64,000 bases of DNA from Minisyncoccota bacterium. Lineage in GTDB: Bacteria; Patescibacteriota; Minisyncoccia; Phycocordibacterales; UBA9973. The notes below the pieces were generated by a model. The model worked only from the letters and a program-made list of their open reading frames with translations, was not told the origin of the DNA and did not search any database. The stretch's first letter is position 1, and every line of letters starts with the position of its first letter. The stretch is taken from contig DASWWS010000002.1 in the NCBI GenBank assembly GCA_036405895.1, positions 124,029 to 188,028 of the forward strand. The letters are read 5' to 3'. Shown here piece by piece: positions 6,623 through 16,144 of the stretch. The position numbers were made by a program, and so were the translations under genes.

Positions 6623-8794
6623 ATGACGCTTGAGTCACCTATCGAAACATTGATCCGACTCAAGGAAGATACCCGAGCCGGCCTTCGCCGTTTGGGTATT
6701 TTTTCTGTGCGCGACCTTTTGTACCACTTCCCCACCCGCTATGCAGACGCAAGTATCTTTACTTCCATCGCAGGCCTGGTCGAAGGCGAGACGGCGACTA
6801 TCCGCGGAACCGTGAAAAAGATTGCCACGAAGAAATCATGGAAGACAAAAGTCCCTATGAGCGAAGGCGTGATCGAAGACATGAGCGGCACCATTACGGT
6901 TGTATGGTTCAATCAGCCATACTTGGCGCGCATGATTCGCACAGGAAGCGTCGTAGAGCTCACTGGAAAAGTCACGCTTTATAAAGACATGCCGGCATTG
7001 GTAAACCCCACCGCGCGCGAAGAGCGCGTGATGCCGATTGATAGCCACGACTCTTTATTTGGCACAGGCGACGCAAATGAGGGTGGAGTGTTGACGCCGG
7101 TGTATGCCGAAACAAAAGACGTATCGAGTTTGTGGTTCTCCCACACGATAGCGCGAGCACTTTCCACGCTCGATAGTATTCCCGACCATATCCCCAACAC
7201 CCTTCTTGAGCAATACTCACTACCAAGCCTCAAGACTGCGCTCATTTGGATACACAGCCCCAAAAACCACAACGATGCAACAATTGCGCGCAAGCGCTTT
7301 GCATATGACGAGATCTTTTCCATCAATGTTGCCCGCGCGCAAGAACGGTTGCGGGTAAAAAGTCAGCGTGCCTACTCTATCGATATGAGCACCATTGATA
7401 TGAATTATTTTTTAAAGCGCTTTTCTTTTCCTCTTACCACAGCGCAAAACTCTTCCATTGAACACATTCTCAAGGACCTCGAACAAGATGTGCCGATGTC
7501 GCGCCTCTTAGAAGGCGATGTAGGCAGCGGCAAAACCGCAGTTGCAGCAGTTGCAGCATATGCAACCGTCATGAACCGTCCGAGCAACTCTGGAAAAAAA
7601 CAAACGTTTGGAAACCTCCAAGTTGCATATATGGCGCCAACAGAGCTTTTAGCAACGCAGCACTTCGAATCCTTCATCGAGCTTTTTGAAGGAACGGGCA
7701 TTTCGCTTGCGCTCATCACCGGAAGCGGCTGCCGCAAGTATCCGAGCAAGGTCGCGTCGAACACAAAAGGATGGACCACTATTTCCCGCGCCCAGCTTTC
7801 AAAATGGATCGCGAACGGCGAGATACCGATAGTGATCGGCACGCACACGCTCATTCAAAAATCCCTTACCTTCAAGCATCTCGCACTCGCCATCATCGAT
7901 GAGCAGCACCGCTTCGGGCTCAAGCAGCGCCAGGGCCTCGCAAAAAAAGACACGCACTTCCCTCACTTGCTTTCAATGACTGCAACTCCCATCCCGCGCA
8001 CACTTGCACTAACCTTGTACGGCGACCTTGATCTCTCAGTGCTCGACGTATTGCCGGCGGGGCGCAAAAAGATCGAGACCTCGCTCGTCACCATTGATAA
8101 GCGCGAAGCAATGTATGAGGCCATCCGCGCCATTCTTAAAGAGGGCCGGCAGCTTTATGTCATCTGCCCGCGCATCGGCGACCCGGATCCGGATAAAGCA
8201 AAAGCAATACAAGCAAAGTCGGTAACAACAGAAGCGGTGCGCCTCCAGAAAGAAGTCTTCCCGGAATTCCGCATTGGTGTACTGCACAGCAAAATGACGA
8301 AAGAAAAAAAGGAGGACGCCATGAAAAGCTTTGCCAATCATGAAACCGATATATTGGTTGCAACAAGTGTGGTTGAAGTCGGGGTAAACGTGCCGAACGC
8401 AACCCAAATAATCATCGAAGGTGCCGAGCGCTTTGGGCTCTCCCAGCTTCACCAGCTTCGCGGCCGCGTTGCGCGCTCAAGCTACCAGGCGCACTGCTAT
8501 TTGTTTGCGGATGCAAAAACCGAGCGCACGCTCGAGCGCATGAACTATTTCCTGAAAGCAGAGGACGGTTTTGCGCTCGCCGAGTACGACCTCGCAATGC
8601 GCGGTACCGGCGAACTTACCGGCACCAGCCAGTGGGGCATCTCCGACATTGGCATGGAGGCGCTTCGCAACATCAAGCTTGTCGAAGCTGCGCGGCAAAG
8701 TGCGCAGGCGCTTGTTGCAAGCGATCCGACATTGGCCGACCACCCCCTCTTGGTTGCAATTGTTTCCAAATACGAAACCATGCATTTTGAATAA
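6623..8794 (+). CDS. recG: ATP-dependent DNA helicase RecG
   Basis: 723 aa. DEQHRFG and helicase motifs. The N-terminal wedge region resembles RecG. Confidence 0.9.
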   Translation: MTLESPIETLIRLKEDTRAGLRRLGIFSVRDLLYHFPTRYADASIFTSIAGLVEGETATIRGTVKKIATKKSWKTKVPMSEGVIEDMSGTITVVWFNQPYLARMIRTGSVVELTGKVTLYKDMPALVNPTAREERVMPIDSHDSLFGTGDANEGGVLTPVYAETKDVSSLWFSHTIARALSTLDSIPDHIPNTLLEQYSLPSLKTALIWIHSPKNHNDATIARKRFAYDEIFSINVARAQERLRVKSQRAYSIDMSTIDMNYFLKRFSFPLTTAQNSSIEHILKDLEQDVPMSRLLEGDVGSGKTAVAAVAAYATVMNRPSNSGKKQTFGNLQVAYMAPTELLATQHFESFIELFEGTGISLALITGSGCRKYPSKVASNTKGWTTISRAQLSKWIANGEIPIVIGTHTLIQKSLTFKHLALAIIDEQHRFGLKQRQGLAKKDTHFPHLLSMTATPIPRTLALTLYGDLDLSVLDVLPAGRKKIETSLVTIDKREAMYEAIRAILKEGRQLYVICPRIGDPDPDKAKAIQAKSVTTEAVRLQKEVFPEFRIGVLHSKMTKEKKEDAMKSFANHETDILVATSVVEVGVNVPNATQIIIEGAERFGLSQLHQLRGRVARSSYQAHCYLFADAKTERTLERMNYFLKAEDGFALAEYDLAMRGTGELTGTSQWGISDIGMEALRNIKLVEAARQSAQALVASDPTLADHPLLVAIVSKYETMHFE

Positions 8795-8795
8795 A

Positions 8796-8826
8796 AAAGC
8801 CACACAATATTACTGTGTGGCTTTCT
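8796..8826. terminator. Bidirectional terminator AAAAAGCCACACAATATTACTGTGTGGCTTTCT between convergent genes
   Basis: Hairpin flanked by A-run and T-run. Confidence 0.7.
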
Positions 8827-8835
8827 CTCATTGTG

Positions 8836-9372
8836 TTACTTAATGAGAGTAATAATTTGTCCTTTTGGTACAGGAATCGTAACAATGTGCGATACCCCTG
8901 TATCAAGGTTTCGGTACTCGGCCGTGAGCTCAACGCTTGAGCTCATCTTATTTTCCATTGCCGTACTAATGTCGCTCGTGACAAGAACTTTTTGTGTTCC
9001 ATTTTTGTTTGTGTCGAACGATGAAAAATCAGTACCGCTTTGGGTAGCAACGCGCTTAGACGTGCTCGTTCCTCCCAATGTTACTGCGGACTTAATTGCA
9101 CTGTATGCGATAGGGATTGATTCTTCTTGAAGAAATCGCACCCGGCAAAATAGTGTAATCTCCACATTCTCAGGATTGTTGATCGTTAGATCTCCGGCAA
9201 ACATAAGAATGCCGGCCTGAGGTGTTTTCACTTCAGCGTCGTCATAGGTAGTGCTTTTCTTAAATGAAAATGTCGGCGCCTGAAATGCAGGTTCAACATA
9301 TCCTTCTTCCTTTTCGCAGCTTGTAGCGAAAAACAGGGTTGCCGCCAGGGCGCATAACAATACATTTTTCAT
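8836..9372 (-). CDS. Lipoprotein, hypothetical
   Basis: Signal peptide with lipobox ATSC. Confidence 0.55.
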   Translation of the reverse strand: MKNVLLCALAATLFFATSCEKEEGYVEPAFQAPTFSFKKSTTYDDAEVKTPQAGILMFAGDLTINNPENVEITLFCRVRFLQEESIPIAYSAIKSAVTLGGTSTSKRVATQSGTDFSSFDTNKNGTQKVLVTSDISTAMENKMSSSVELTAEYRNLDTGVSHIVTIPVPKGQIITLIK

Positions 9373-9576
9373 GGTCTATTTAGTTTTTATGGTTCAAATT
9401 TACTTTGTTTATTTTTTATATTATATCACTTTATTTATAAAAAGTCAATAGAGCTCCTCTGCCTAAAAATTGTCTTTTACGTCAGGACTGATAGAATCAA
9501 AGGGTTCTCATTTCCGCTCTTAGCTGTTTGGTGTACGGGCCAAGCAAGGTAGGGGTTATAGAAAATCAATATACTT

Positions 9577-9650
9577 CCGCTCTTAGCTCAGTTGGTTAGA
9601 GCGCCGAGCTTATACCTCGGTGGTCCATGGTTCGAATCCATGAGGGCGGA
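9577..9650 (+). tRNA. tRNA-Ile(UAU)
   Basis: Hand-folded: acceptor CCGCTCT/AGGGCGG (one G-U pair), D-arm GCTC-AGTTGGTTA-GAGC, anticodon stem CCGAG/CTCGG with loop CTTATAC, T-arm CATGG-TTCGAAT-CCATG. Confidence 0.8.
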
Positions 9651-9744
9651 CATTAAGTAAACAAATATGCAGTATGCCTCTGAGGCAATGGCGTGTAGCG
9701 TTTCGACCCCAGGGAGAGGCGGACAAGTGCTATACTGTACACAT

Positions 9745-10215
9745 ATGAATGAATTTGTAGCAAAGAAACTCGGCGAAGTGCTCGCCTTTAACCAAGTCGG
9801 CACGGACACCTATGAAAAAGGAAAAGAAGCACTCATCGCAGTACTGGGAGCTGAACGTTTTGCGGATATTGAAGACAAGAACCGCATTCACGGAGAAGCA
9901 GTGATGAAGATCGCGACCGACGCGGGCATGATCGACACAACGCTTGCAAAAGCCGAAAAGACCGGAGAGAAGCTCAAGGCTATGCGCGACCTCTATGTTG
10001 GTGACCAATGGGACAATGCCACAGAGCTGATGGAATGGAGCGGATTTTTCGAAGGCGCAGCAATCGTGCACTGGGCGCTGGTGCGCGGTGCGGCAGAAGG
10101 CATGAATGACGAAACCCTCCTCGAACTTTCAAACGAAGGAGTGAATTGGCACTATGAGCTTTTGGAAATGGCTGAAAGCGAACTCGGCACCACCGGACAG
10201 AACAAGGCTTCCTAA
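9745..10215 (+). CDS. Hypothetical protein
   Basis: The ORF-track start at 9667 overlaps the tRNA, so the internal Met (MNEFVAKKLGEV) is more likely. No family recognised. Confidence 0.45.
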   Translation: MNEFVAKKLGEVLAFNQVGTDTYEKGKEALIAVLGAERFADIEDKNRIHGEAVMKIATDAGMIDTTLAKAEKTGEKLKAMRDLYVGDQWDNATELMEWSGFFEGAAIVHWALVRGAAEGMNDETLLELSNEGVNWHYELLEMAESELGTTGQNKAS

Positions 10216-10219
10216 TAAT

Positions 10220-10281
10220 CAGAAGGACCGTCCTTCTGAAAATAAAAACAACCTAACGAGGACCGTCCTCGTTAGGTTGTT
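10220..10281. terminator. Two tandem GGACCGTCC-core hairpins (CAGAAGGACCGTCCTTCTG and AACAACCTAACGAGGACCGTCCTCGTTAGGTTGTT) between convergent genes
   Basis: Perfect inverted repeats, the second followed by TTTTT. Confidence 0.75.
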
Positions 10282-10289
10282 TTTATTGT

Positions 10290-12188
10290 TTAAAGCTCGA
10301 TTTTCTTTAATGGAATGCCGTGAGCGGAAATAATTGCTTCATATTCCGGCTGTTCGAGCGTTTCCACTTCGATTAGCTTTGCGGTGATTGCTTCGAGCAC
10401 ACCCTTGTGTTCGGTAAGAACAGTGCGGGCACGCTCAAATCCTTCTTTCATGATGCGCTGCACTTCGGAGTCGACAAGTGCACTAGTCTGCTCTGAATAT
10501 TCTTTTCCTTTCACTCCTTCGCCGAACATTGCGCGGCCTCCGTCGTTTTCAAGGGCAAGCGGGCCGATGGCATCGCTCATCCCCCATCGTGTCACCATGG
10601 CGCGTGCAAGCGCGGTTGCAACCTGAAGGTCGTTTGAAGGACCGGTTGTCACGTCCCCAAAGATTGATTCTTCTGCAACGTATCCTGCAAGCGACATTGC
10701 AATGTCGTCGAGATATTCTTTCTTGGTGGTAAGCTTTCGCTCTTCAAGCGGAAGCTTCAGCGTGTACCCACCGGCGCGCCCTCGTGCAACAATAGAAACT
10801 TTGTGCACCGGGTCAGCATCCGGAAGAACTGATGCAACAAGCGCATGCGCTGCTTCATGATACGCCGTGATTTTCTTTTCTTTCTTTGTCAGCAAATGGC
10901 TCTTGCGCTCAGGCCCGATCATCACTTTTTCAATGGAGCGTACAAGGTCAAACTGCGATATCTTCTTTCGATTTTCGCGTGCTGCCAAGATTGCACCTTC
11001 GTTCATTAATGAGTAGAGGTCGGCTCCGGAGAATCCGGGTGTGCGCTCTGCTATCACCTTGAGATTCACGTCTTCTGCAAACGGCTTTTTGGTGCTGTGC
11101 ACATTCAAAATGTCTTCGCGGTCGCGACGGTCTGGAAGGTCAAGCATCACTCGGCGGTCAAATCGGCCTGGACGCAACAGTGCTGGGTCCAATACATCGC
11201 TTCGGTTCGTTGCCGCCATCACGATTACCTTGTCGTTCGGTTCAAAGCCGTCCATCTCCACCAATATTTGGTTGAGTGTCTGTTCTCGCTCGTCGTTTCC
11301 ACCGCCATATCCGCCTCCGCGTACGCGTCCTACCGCATCAATTTCATCGATAAAAATAATGGACGGTGCTGCGCGCTTTGCCATCTTGAAAAGGTCGCGC
11401 ACGCGCGATGCGCCCACACCGACAAACATCTCAACAAATTCTGATCCTGAAAGATGGAAGAACGGCACACTTGCCTCCCCCGCTACAGCGCGAGCCAAGA
11501 GCGTCTTCCCTGTTCCTGGTGCACCGGCGAGCAATACTCCTTTTGGAATGCGCGCTCCGATATCCAAAAACTTTTTTGGATTCTTCAAAAAGTCCACAAT
11601 TTCTTTGAGTTCTTCCTTGGCTTCGCGCGCACCTGCAACATCTTTGAATGTTACCCTGTTTGTCGTATCGCTTGGGTCAGTGATGCGCGCTTTTGACTGC
11701 CCGAAATTAAATGCCTGCATGCCAGCACCCTTTGCCTGGCGTGTAAGCATCCAAAAAAAGAATCCAATCAATACTACCGGCAAAAGTATTGGGAGAATGG
11801 TAAGGAAAAAGAATGCGAGGCCTGATGCGCTGGCAACAGTAATGTCGACTGCGCTGATGCGAGGCTCTTCAACACCATATGCTGCCAATGTTTCCACCAA
11901 TGAAGCACTTGGTTCTTTTTTGCTTTCAAGAATTGTCTCGTCTGTTTTTGTAACAGTGAGCGCTTGGTCGTCGATGACAATGCTCTTCACCTCCCCTGCC
12001 TGCACAAGGCGTGCAACTTCTGAAAGGGTCACCACTTCGTTCTTTTCTGTCCCCATACCAGAGACAACAGAGTAGCCGGCAGTAAGGAGTGCGAAGATAA
12101 GGAGGGTTGAAAATATATAGGAAGAAAGAGAGCGCTTGGGAGGCGTCTTTTTTATAGGGTTCGGTGTAGGGATTTCTTGTTTGGACAT
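10290..12188 (-). CDS. ftsH: ATP-dependent zinc metalloprotease FtsH
   Basis: Walker A GAPGTGKT, second region of homology, and HEAAHA zinc motif. 632 aa. Confidence 0.95.
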   Translation of the reverse strand: MSKQEIPTPNPIKKTPPKRSLSSYIFSTLLIFALLTAGYSVVSGMGTEKNEVVTLSEVARLVQAGEVKSIVIDDQALTVTKTDETILESKKEPSASLVETLAAYGVEEPRISAVDITVASASGLAFFFLTILPILLPVVLIGFFFWMLTRQAKGAGMQAFNFGQSKARITDPSDTTNRVTFKDVAGAREAKEELKEIVDFLKNPKKFLDIGARIPKGVLLAGAPGTGKTLLARAVAGEASVPFFHLSGSEFVEMFVGVGASRVRDLFKMAKRAAPSIIFIDEIDAVGRVRGGGYGGGNDEREQTLNQILVEMDGFEPNDKVIVMAATNRSDVLDPALLRPGRFDRRVMLDLPDRRDREDILNVHSTKKPFAEDVNLKVIAERTPGFSGADLYSLMNEGAILAARENRKKISQFDLVRSIEKVMIGPERKSHLLTKKEKKITAYHEAAHALVASVLPDADPVHKVSIVARGRAGGYTLKLPLEERKLTTKKEYLDDIAMSLAGYVAEESIFGDVTTGPSNDLQVATALARAMVTRWGMSDAIGPLALENDGGRAMFGEGVKGKEYSEQTSALVDSEVQRIMKEGFERARTVLTEHKGVLEAITAKLIEVETLEQPEYEAIISAHGIPLKKIEL

Positions 12189-12455
12189 AGGCTTTATTAT
12201 ACATAAAAACGATAAAAACGCCTTTTAGGGGGTATCGACCTCCAGGTTACTAAATATTTTTCAGGGTATCGCCTCACAAATCACTAAGCATAATTCTTCG
12301 CTCCACTCGAATTCTGCCAAGTGTTCGCGAGCCCGGCTCGGTTCCGCCATAGGCGGATACCTGCGCCTTTTCGATACCCACGCAAGACAAGCAGTTGCCC
12401 TGTTCCATCTCCACCTAAAAAACAAAAAACGCCCAAGGGCGCTAATGTTGTTACA
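12189..12455 (-). promoter_or_regulatory. Structured region between ssrA and ftsH with TATAAT 7 nt upstream of the ftsH ATG, repeated CGATACCC motifs, and the ssrA intrinsic terminator (12423-12446)
   Basis: Minus strand reads ...GCGCCCTTGGGCGC-TTTTTTGTTTTTT, a terminator. Three CGATACCC motifs follow. GTATAATAAAGCCT then ATG. Confidence 0.5.
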
Positions 12456-12841
12456 GGTGGAGATGGGGGTATCGAAACCCCGTGCAAATGATCACGAACA
12501 AGTACTTCTCCATGCGTAGTACGATTTAATTGTTAAGACAGAATCTCAAAACCGTACAAAACGATTCATGTCCGAGCCTCGATTGTTTCGGAGTACTGAC
12601 GAGACACGCAGTACTTCCTACGTTCGATGAATGTTGCCGCGACTACGTTATCGAACATCACGTAGAGCGACACCGGATTGACCTAAATTTAGGCGAATGC
12701 CGGAGCGAAGTTTCCAAAATATGGAGACTTCACTGATGCTGTGCTGTTGCCAGGTAAGCGTTCGGACGAATTTTACGAGATACGTCCATTCTCGGCATGC
12801 ATACAGGCCCGATACATCAAATGTCGAAACCTTTCATCCCC
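12456..12841 (-). ncRNA. ssrA: tmRNA (ssrA)
   Basis: Minus strand 5' end GGGGAUGAAAGGUUUCGAC matches the tmRNA 5' consensus. The GCAUGCCGAG...CUCGUAAAA PK1 region is almost identical to E. coli tmRNA. A tag reading frame ends ...GNFAPAFA-UAA (stop at 12689-12691). The 3' T-arm-like GGGGT-TTCGATA-CCCC is followed by acceptor strand CATCTCC-A-CC, which pairs with the 5' GGGGATG using one G-U. It is adjacent to smpB. Confidence 0.8.
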
Positions 12842-12863
12842 AAAGTTGCAATACAGAGCAACT

Positions 12864-13008
12864 TTGGCGCCAGGAGTCGTTTTCGACATTTGTCGAAAAC
12901 TATCGTGGTGCAAAAATTACTGTGCCCTGCTGAAGCTCCATAACAAATTTGGCGCCAGGAGATTTTTTTAGCTTCGCTAAAAAAATTCGTGGTGCAAAAG
13001 CGCCAGGA
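12864..13008. repeat. Tandem 85-bp repeat, 2.1 copies. Each unit is GGCGCCAGGAG-hairpin-TCGTGGTGCAAAA, lying between smpB and ssrA.
   Basis: Unit 1 hairpin GTTTTCGACA-TTT-GTCGAAAAC and unit 2 hairpin TTTTTTAGC-TTC-GCTAAAAAA show compensatory changes between the conserved flanks. Confidence 0.7.
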
Positions 13009-13032
13009 GTTCTATTTGGAAAATCACACTCT

Positions 13033-13473
13033 CTATTGAGCCCCTTCGCGCCTTAGCTCCCGATCAAGGTCGCGCGCTTTGAGCGTTTCTCGTTTGTCGA
13101 AGTTCTTTTTCCCTTTCGCTATTGCGATTTGTACCTTTACGATACTCCCTTTATTATACAACGATATAGGCACTACCGTCAAACCCTTGCTCGAAAGCGC
13201 CCGTAACAAATCATAGAGCTCTTTTTTATTCACTAAAAGCTTTCGGGTGCGATACGGATCATACGCCGAAGAAACATTCTTCTCCTGCCAGGCAGGAATA
13301 TGAGCGCCAAGAAGATAGAGTTCTCCCCCGAGCACTTGCACATAGGCCCCATTGAGGCTGCCGTGATTTGCTTTGAGGGATTTCACTTCAGTACCGAGAA
13401 GCTGTATGCCCGCTTCGAGTGTTTCCTCGAAAGAGTAGTCATGCGATGCTTTTTTATTCCGGATAAATTCCAT
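13033..13473 (-). CDS. smpB: SsrA-binding protein SmpB
   Basis: KKASHDYSFEETLEAGIQLLGTEVKSLK...RTRKLLVNKKE matches the SmpB family. Start moved to MEFIRNKK, since the ORF-track N-terminal extension is hydrophobic junk. Confidence 0.9.
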   Translation of the reverse strand: MEFIRNKKASHDYSFEETLEAGIQLLGTEVKSLKANHGSLNGAYVQVLGGELYLLGAHIPAWQEKNVSSAYDPYRTRKLLVNKKELYDLLRALSSKGLTVVPISLYNKGSIVKVQIAIAKGKKNFDKRETLKARDLDRELRREGAQ

Positions 13474-13557
13474 ACTAGACCAATCGTACCATGTATGAAC
13501 AAATATTGACATATCCGCATAACATGCGATAATAGTGACAAAACAAAATTGATAACT

Positions 13558-13923
13558 ATGCAAAGTGAACAAAAAACCCGGTATTCCGACTCTGAACTAA
13601 GAGAGTTCAAAGCGCTCATAGTGGAAAAACTAAAAAGCAGCCGCGAAGAATTAGCAGACTTTTTAAGCCAGATGAGCATCGACAACGAAAAAGTTTCGTT
13701 GAGTGACTACAGTGCCGTAACAGAGGAAAAAGAATACCTTGGCAAGCAGGCGGGCCGCAAGAAAACATTTATTCAAAACCTGGAAAATGCACTGATACGC
13801 ATTGAAAACAAGACGTACGGTATCTGCCGGATAACAGGTAATCTGATACCGAAAGGGCGTTTACTTGCAGTACCTCACGCTACGTTATGCATGGAGGCAA
13901 AATTGAAACAATCAGCCGCATAA
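13558..13923 (+). CDS. DksA/TraR-family transcription factor-like protein
   Basis: Coiled-coil N-terminus and C-terminal C-x-x...C zinc-finger-like region (YGICRITGNLIPKGRLLAVPHATLC). Only a partial Cys set. Confidence 0.5.
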   Translation: MQSEQKTRYSDSELREFKALIVEKLKSSREELADFLSQMSIDNEKVSLSDYSAVTEEKEYLGKQAGRKKTFIQNLENALIRIENKTYGICRITGNLIPKGRLLAVPHATLCMEAKLKQSAA

Positions 13924-13940
13924 CAACACTCATCGAAAAA

Positions 13941-13975
13941 AGCCAAACCGCATGCGGTTTGGCTTTTGTTTTTAC
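13941..13975. terminator. Bidirectional terminator AAAAAAGCCAAACCGCATGCGGTTTGGCTTTTGTTTTT
   Basis: Perfect hairpin flanked by A- and T-runs between convergent genes. Confidence 0.8.
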
Positions 13976-14559
13976 AGCTCAAGATCAATTCCAATTCCGA
14001 GCATTACGGCTTTTGGTCCGACAGTTGCCGAAACATTAAACAATCCAAGTGTGTACTGAGTACGAATACCGGTCACCGCTTCCGTTTGGCTATAGAGCCC
14101 GAGCGAAAGCTTCTCTCCTACTCCGTACATCACCGACGTCATTTGGAAAAATCCATACGGGCGAGAATAATACGGATTGGTGTACAGCATAAACTTCCCT
14201 TTCTGGCTCTCCTCTTGTGCATGCGATTCAAAATACGCATATGCATTAAGGCTTGCACTGGTGCGGCCCCGAGCAAAATCAATACCCGGGCCAAGTGAAA
14301 GTTCAACATAGTTATCGCCTGGTGCAAATGCAATCAAGGGCCCAAGAGAGACGCCCAGAAGCCCTGGTTCATTTACAACAAATCCAAATACCCCAACTCC
14401 TCGCTTGTTTGTATGAGCAAACGATGCCCATTGAAAAGTTTCAAGACCTTTTGCATCAAACTGTTTGGTTGCTTGAGCTTCGGCGCTTACAAGAGTTTGT
14501 TGCGCCATTGCTGTACTTGTTGCCACCAAGGCAAGAAGTACTGTGAGTAATTTCTTCAT
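13972..14559 (-). CDS. Secreted beta-rich hypothetical protein
   Basis: Signal peptide MKKLLTVLLALVATSTAMA. Alternating hydrophobic pattern. Confidence 0.5.
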   Translation of the reverse strand: MKKLLTVLLALVATSTAMAQQTLVSAEAQATKQFDAKGLETFQWASFAHTNKRGVGVFGFVVNEPGLLGVSLGPLIAFAPGDNYVELSLGPGIDFARGRTSASLNAYAYFESHAQEESQKGKFMLYTNPYYSRPYGFFQMTSVMYGVGEKLSLGLYSQTEAVTGIRTQYTLGLFNVSATVGPKAVMLGIGIDLEL

Positions 14560-14617
14560 TTTCCTTTGTTAATTTGCGTATATTATAGCACAAATTGAAC
14601 AAAAAATCAAGTATATA

Positions 14618-15391
14618 TTATATGGTGTACTCTCCTATTCGCACTCTCTTAATACGGTACGCAAGGGCTGGAATACCCGCTGTTGCTCCTACAACTTCCG
14701 CAAGGGCTCTCATATATGTACCCGAAGTTGCAGTAATACGAATCGTGATAAAAGGAATTTCTTTTTCTCCCTCTTTTGCAATTACTTCCATCCACTTTTT
14801 TATAATTTCTTCTTGCCGAAAGTCTCCTGCAACATTTTGTATAACAGGCAGTGTTTCCTCAATACCTTCTGCAAGTGTTCTGTATTCTATTCCCTGCAAT
14901 TGAACACCGGTAACCTGCACTTTCTTTGTTGGCACCCTTACCACTGTTCCCGCTCTCGCATGAACAAAAAGAGGCATTCCGTCTACCGTTCGAGAGGAAT
15001 ACAGAGGATATGCAAGTTCAGTTACCCCTTCCAAACTTTTAACAGCATTCTCAATAGATTCTTTTACGATAGCTGTGTCTGTATTAATTGCCGTAACAAG
15101 GCCCAGCATATCCGCCGTATCAGTGCTCACCCCTAATAACACCGTGAGCTCATAGGTTTTATCTAGTCCTAAAAGGTCATCTTTATAAAATCGAGCATCG
15201 CCCTTAAGGATAATCACCACTCCTTCGGCCATTGGATCGAGCCTTCCGGCATAGGTAAGCTTGATTGCATCCGTTAGACCCTGTTCACTGCGAAAGCGCT
15301 CTAAAAGGACTGCAAGTGTCTCGCCGGGGTGCTTCCACACAGCAAAAACATCTTGACTATTTGGGCCTTTTTGGGTATCATGTGAAGACAT
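14618..15391 (-). CDS. truB: tRNA pseudouridine(55) synthase TruB
   Basis: YAGRLDPMAEGVV (the GxLDP catalytic Asp motif). Start moved to the Met before FAVWKHPGETL. Confidence 0.85.
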   Translation of the reverse strand: MSSHDTQKGPNSQDVFAVWKHPGETLAVLLERFRSEQGLTDAIKLTYAGRLDPMAEGVVIILKGDARFYKDDLLGLDKTYELTVLLGVSTDTADMLGLVTAINTDTAIVKESIENAVKSLEGVTELAYPLYSSRTVDGMPLFVHARAGTVVRVPTKKVQVTGVQLQGIEYRTLAEGIEETLPVIQNVAGDFRQEEIIKKWMEVIAKEGEKEIPFITIRITATSGTYMRALAEVVGATAGIPALAYRIKRVRIGEYTI

Positions 15392-15409
15392 TATTGTACT
15401 ACTATAGCT

Positions 15410-15925
15410 TTGAAGGAACGAATCAACAAACAAATACACGCATCAGAACTTCGCGTCGTTGACGAGGAGGGTGAAAACAAAGGAGTCATGTCTCTGACAG
15501 AGGCATTGGCTTTGGCTGAAAGCCTGGGCGTGGACTTGATTGAGACCGGGCCGAATGCGCGCCCCCCTATTGCAAAGCTTATGGAGTTCGGTAAGTACCA
15601 GTACGAACAGAAGAAAAAGCTCCAAAAAGCACGCACAGGAGCTAAGCCTACGGAAACAAAGTCCATTCAGATTAAGATTGGTACCGGCGACCACGACCTC
15701 GAGCTGAAGGCAAAAACCGCCAGCAAGTGGCTCAAGGAAGGACACCGCATCAAAGTAGAGCTTTTCCTTCGAGGACGCTCAAAGGGCATGGAAGAGCCAT
15801 TTTTAAAGGAACGACTCGACCGGGTCTTGCATTTTATCACCGAACAGTATAAGATTGCGGAACCACATAAGCGCTCTCCTAAGGGTTTGGCTATCGTTAT
15901 CGAACGAGACAGAGCAGCAAAATAG
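15410..15925 (+). CDS. infC: translation initiation factor IF-3
   Basis: IF3 N- and C-domains. Part of the infC-rpmI-rplT synteny. The true start may be a non-AUG codon upstream. Confidence 0.85.
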   Translation: MKERINKQIHASELRVVDEEGENKGVMSLTEALALAESLGVDLIETGPNARPPIAKLMEFGKYQYEQKKKLQKARTGAKPTETKSIQIKIGTGDHDLELKAKTASKWLKEGHRIKVELFLRGRSKGMEEPFLKERLDRVLHFITEQYKIAEPHKRSPKGLAIVIERDRAAK

Positions 15926-15934
15926 ACATAATAT

Positions 15935-16126
15935 ATGGCAGCAAAGACCAACAAATCATATACAAAACGCCTTAAGCTTACCAAAACAGGTAAGATTATT
16001 GGACGAAAGCCAGGATTTAACCACTTTAATGCAAAGCAGTCACGAGTACACCAGCTCAACGGCAAGCGAGGCGTCGAATTCCCAATGACTCCGAAAGAGA
16101 TTGGCCTTTTTATCCCTCATCGATAA
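15935..16126 (+). CDS. rpmI: 50S ribosomal protein L35
   Basis: MAAKTNKSYTKRLKLTKTGKI... family match and synteny. Confidence 0.9.
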   Translation: MAAKTNKSYTKRLKLTKTGKIIGRKPGFNHFNAKQSRVHQLNGKRGVEFPMTPKEIGLFIPHR

Positions 16127-16144
16127 TAATTTTAATATACCTAT

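Noticed and set aside
11041-12075. 344-aa plus-strand ORF
   Set aside because: It is antisense to the well-supported ftsH gene. Its low-complexity Ser/Arg-rich translation is typical of a shadow ORF.
12300-12360. Possible RNase P RNA P4-like element GAGCCGGGCTC
   Set aside because: It is only a simple palindrome. The P4 partners GGAAAGUCCGGGCUCC and ACAGAANCCGGCUUA are absent from the region.
12284-12487. 67-aa minus-strand ORF ending ...SSGAKNYA, considered as a possible tmRNA tag in a circularly permuted ssrA
   Set aside because: The standard, non-permuted tmRNA was found instead. Its 5' end GGGGAUGAAAGGUUUCGAC is at 12841, its PK1 is near-identical to E. coli, and its tag ORF ends at 12689. 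The 12-nt complementarity flanking the terminator is better explained as an extended terminator stem.
12730-12800. Possible SRP RNA. The segment GCTGTTGCCAGGTAAGCGTTCGGACGAA resembles the 4.5S RNA domain IV 5' side.
   Set aside because: This segment lies inside the tmRNA between PK1 and the tag frame. There is no GNRA-capped helix 8 and no matching 3' strand.
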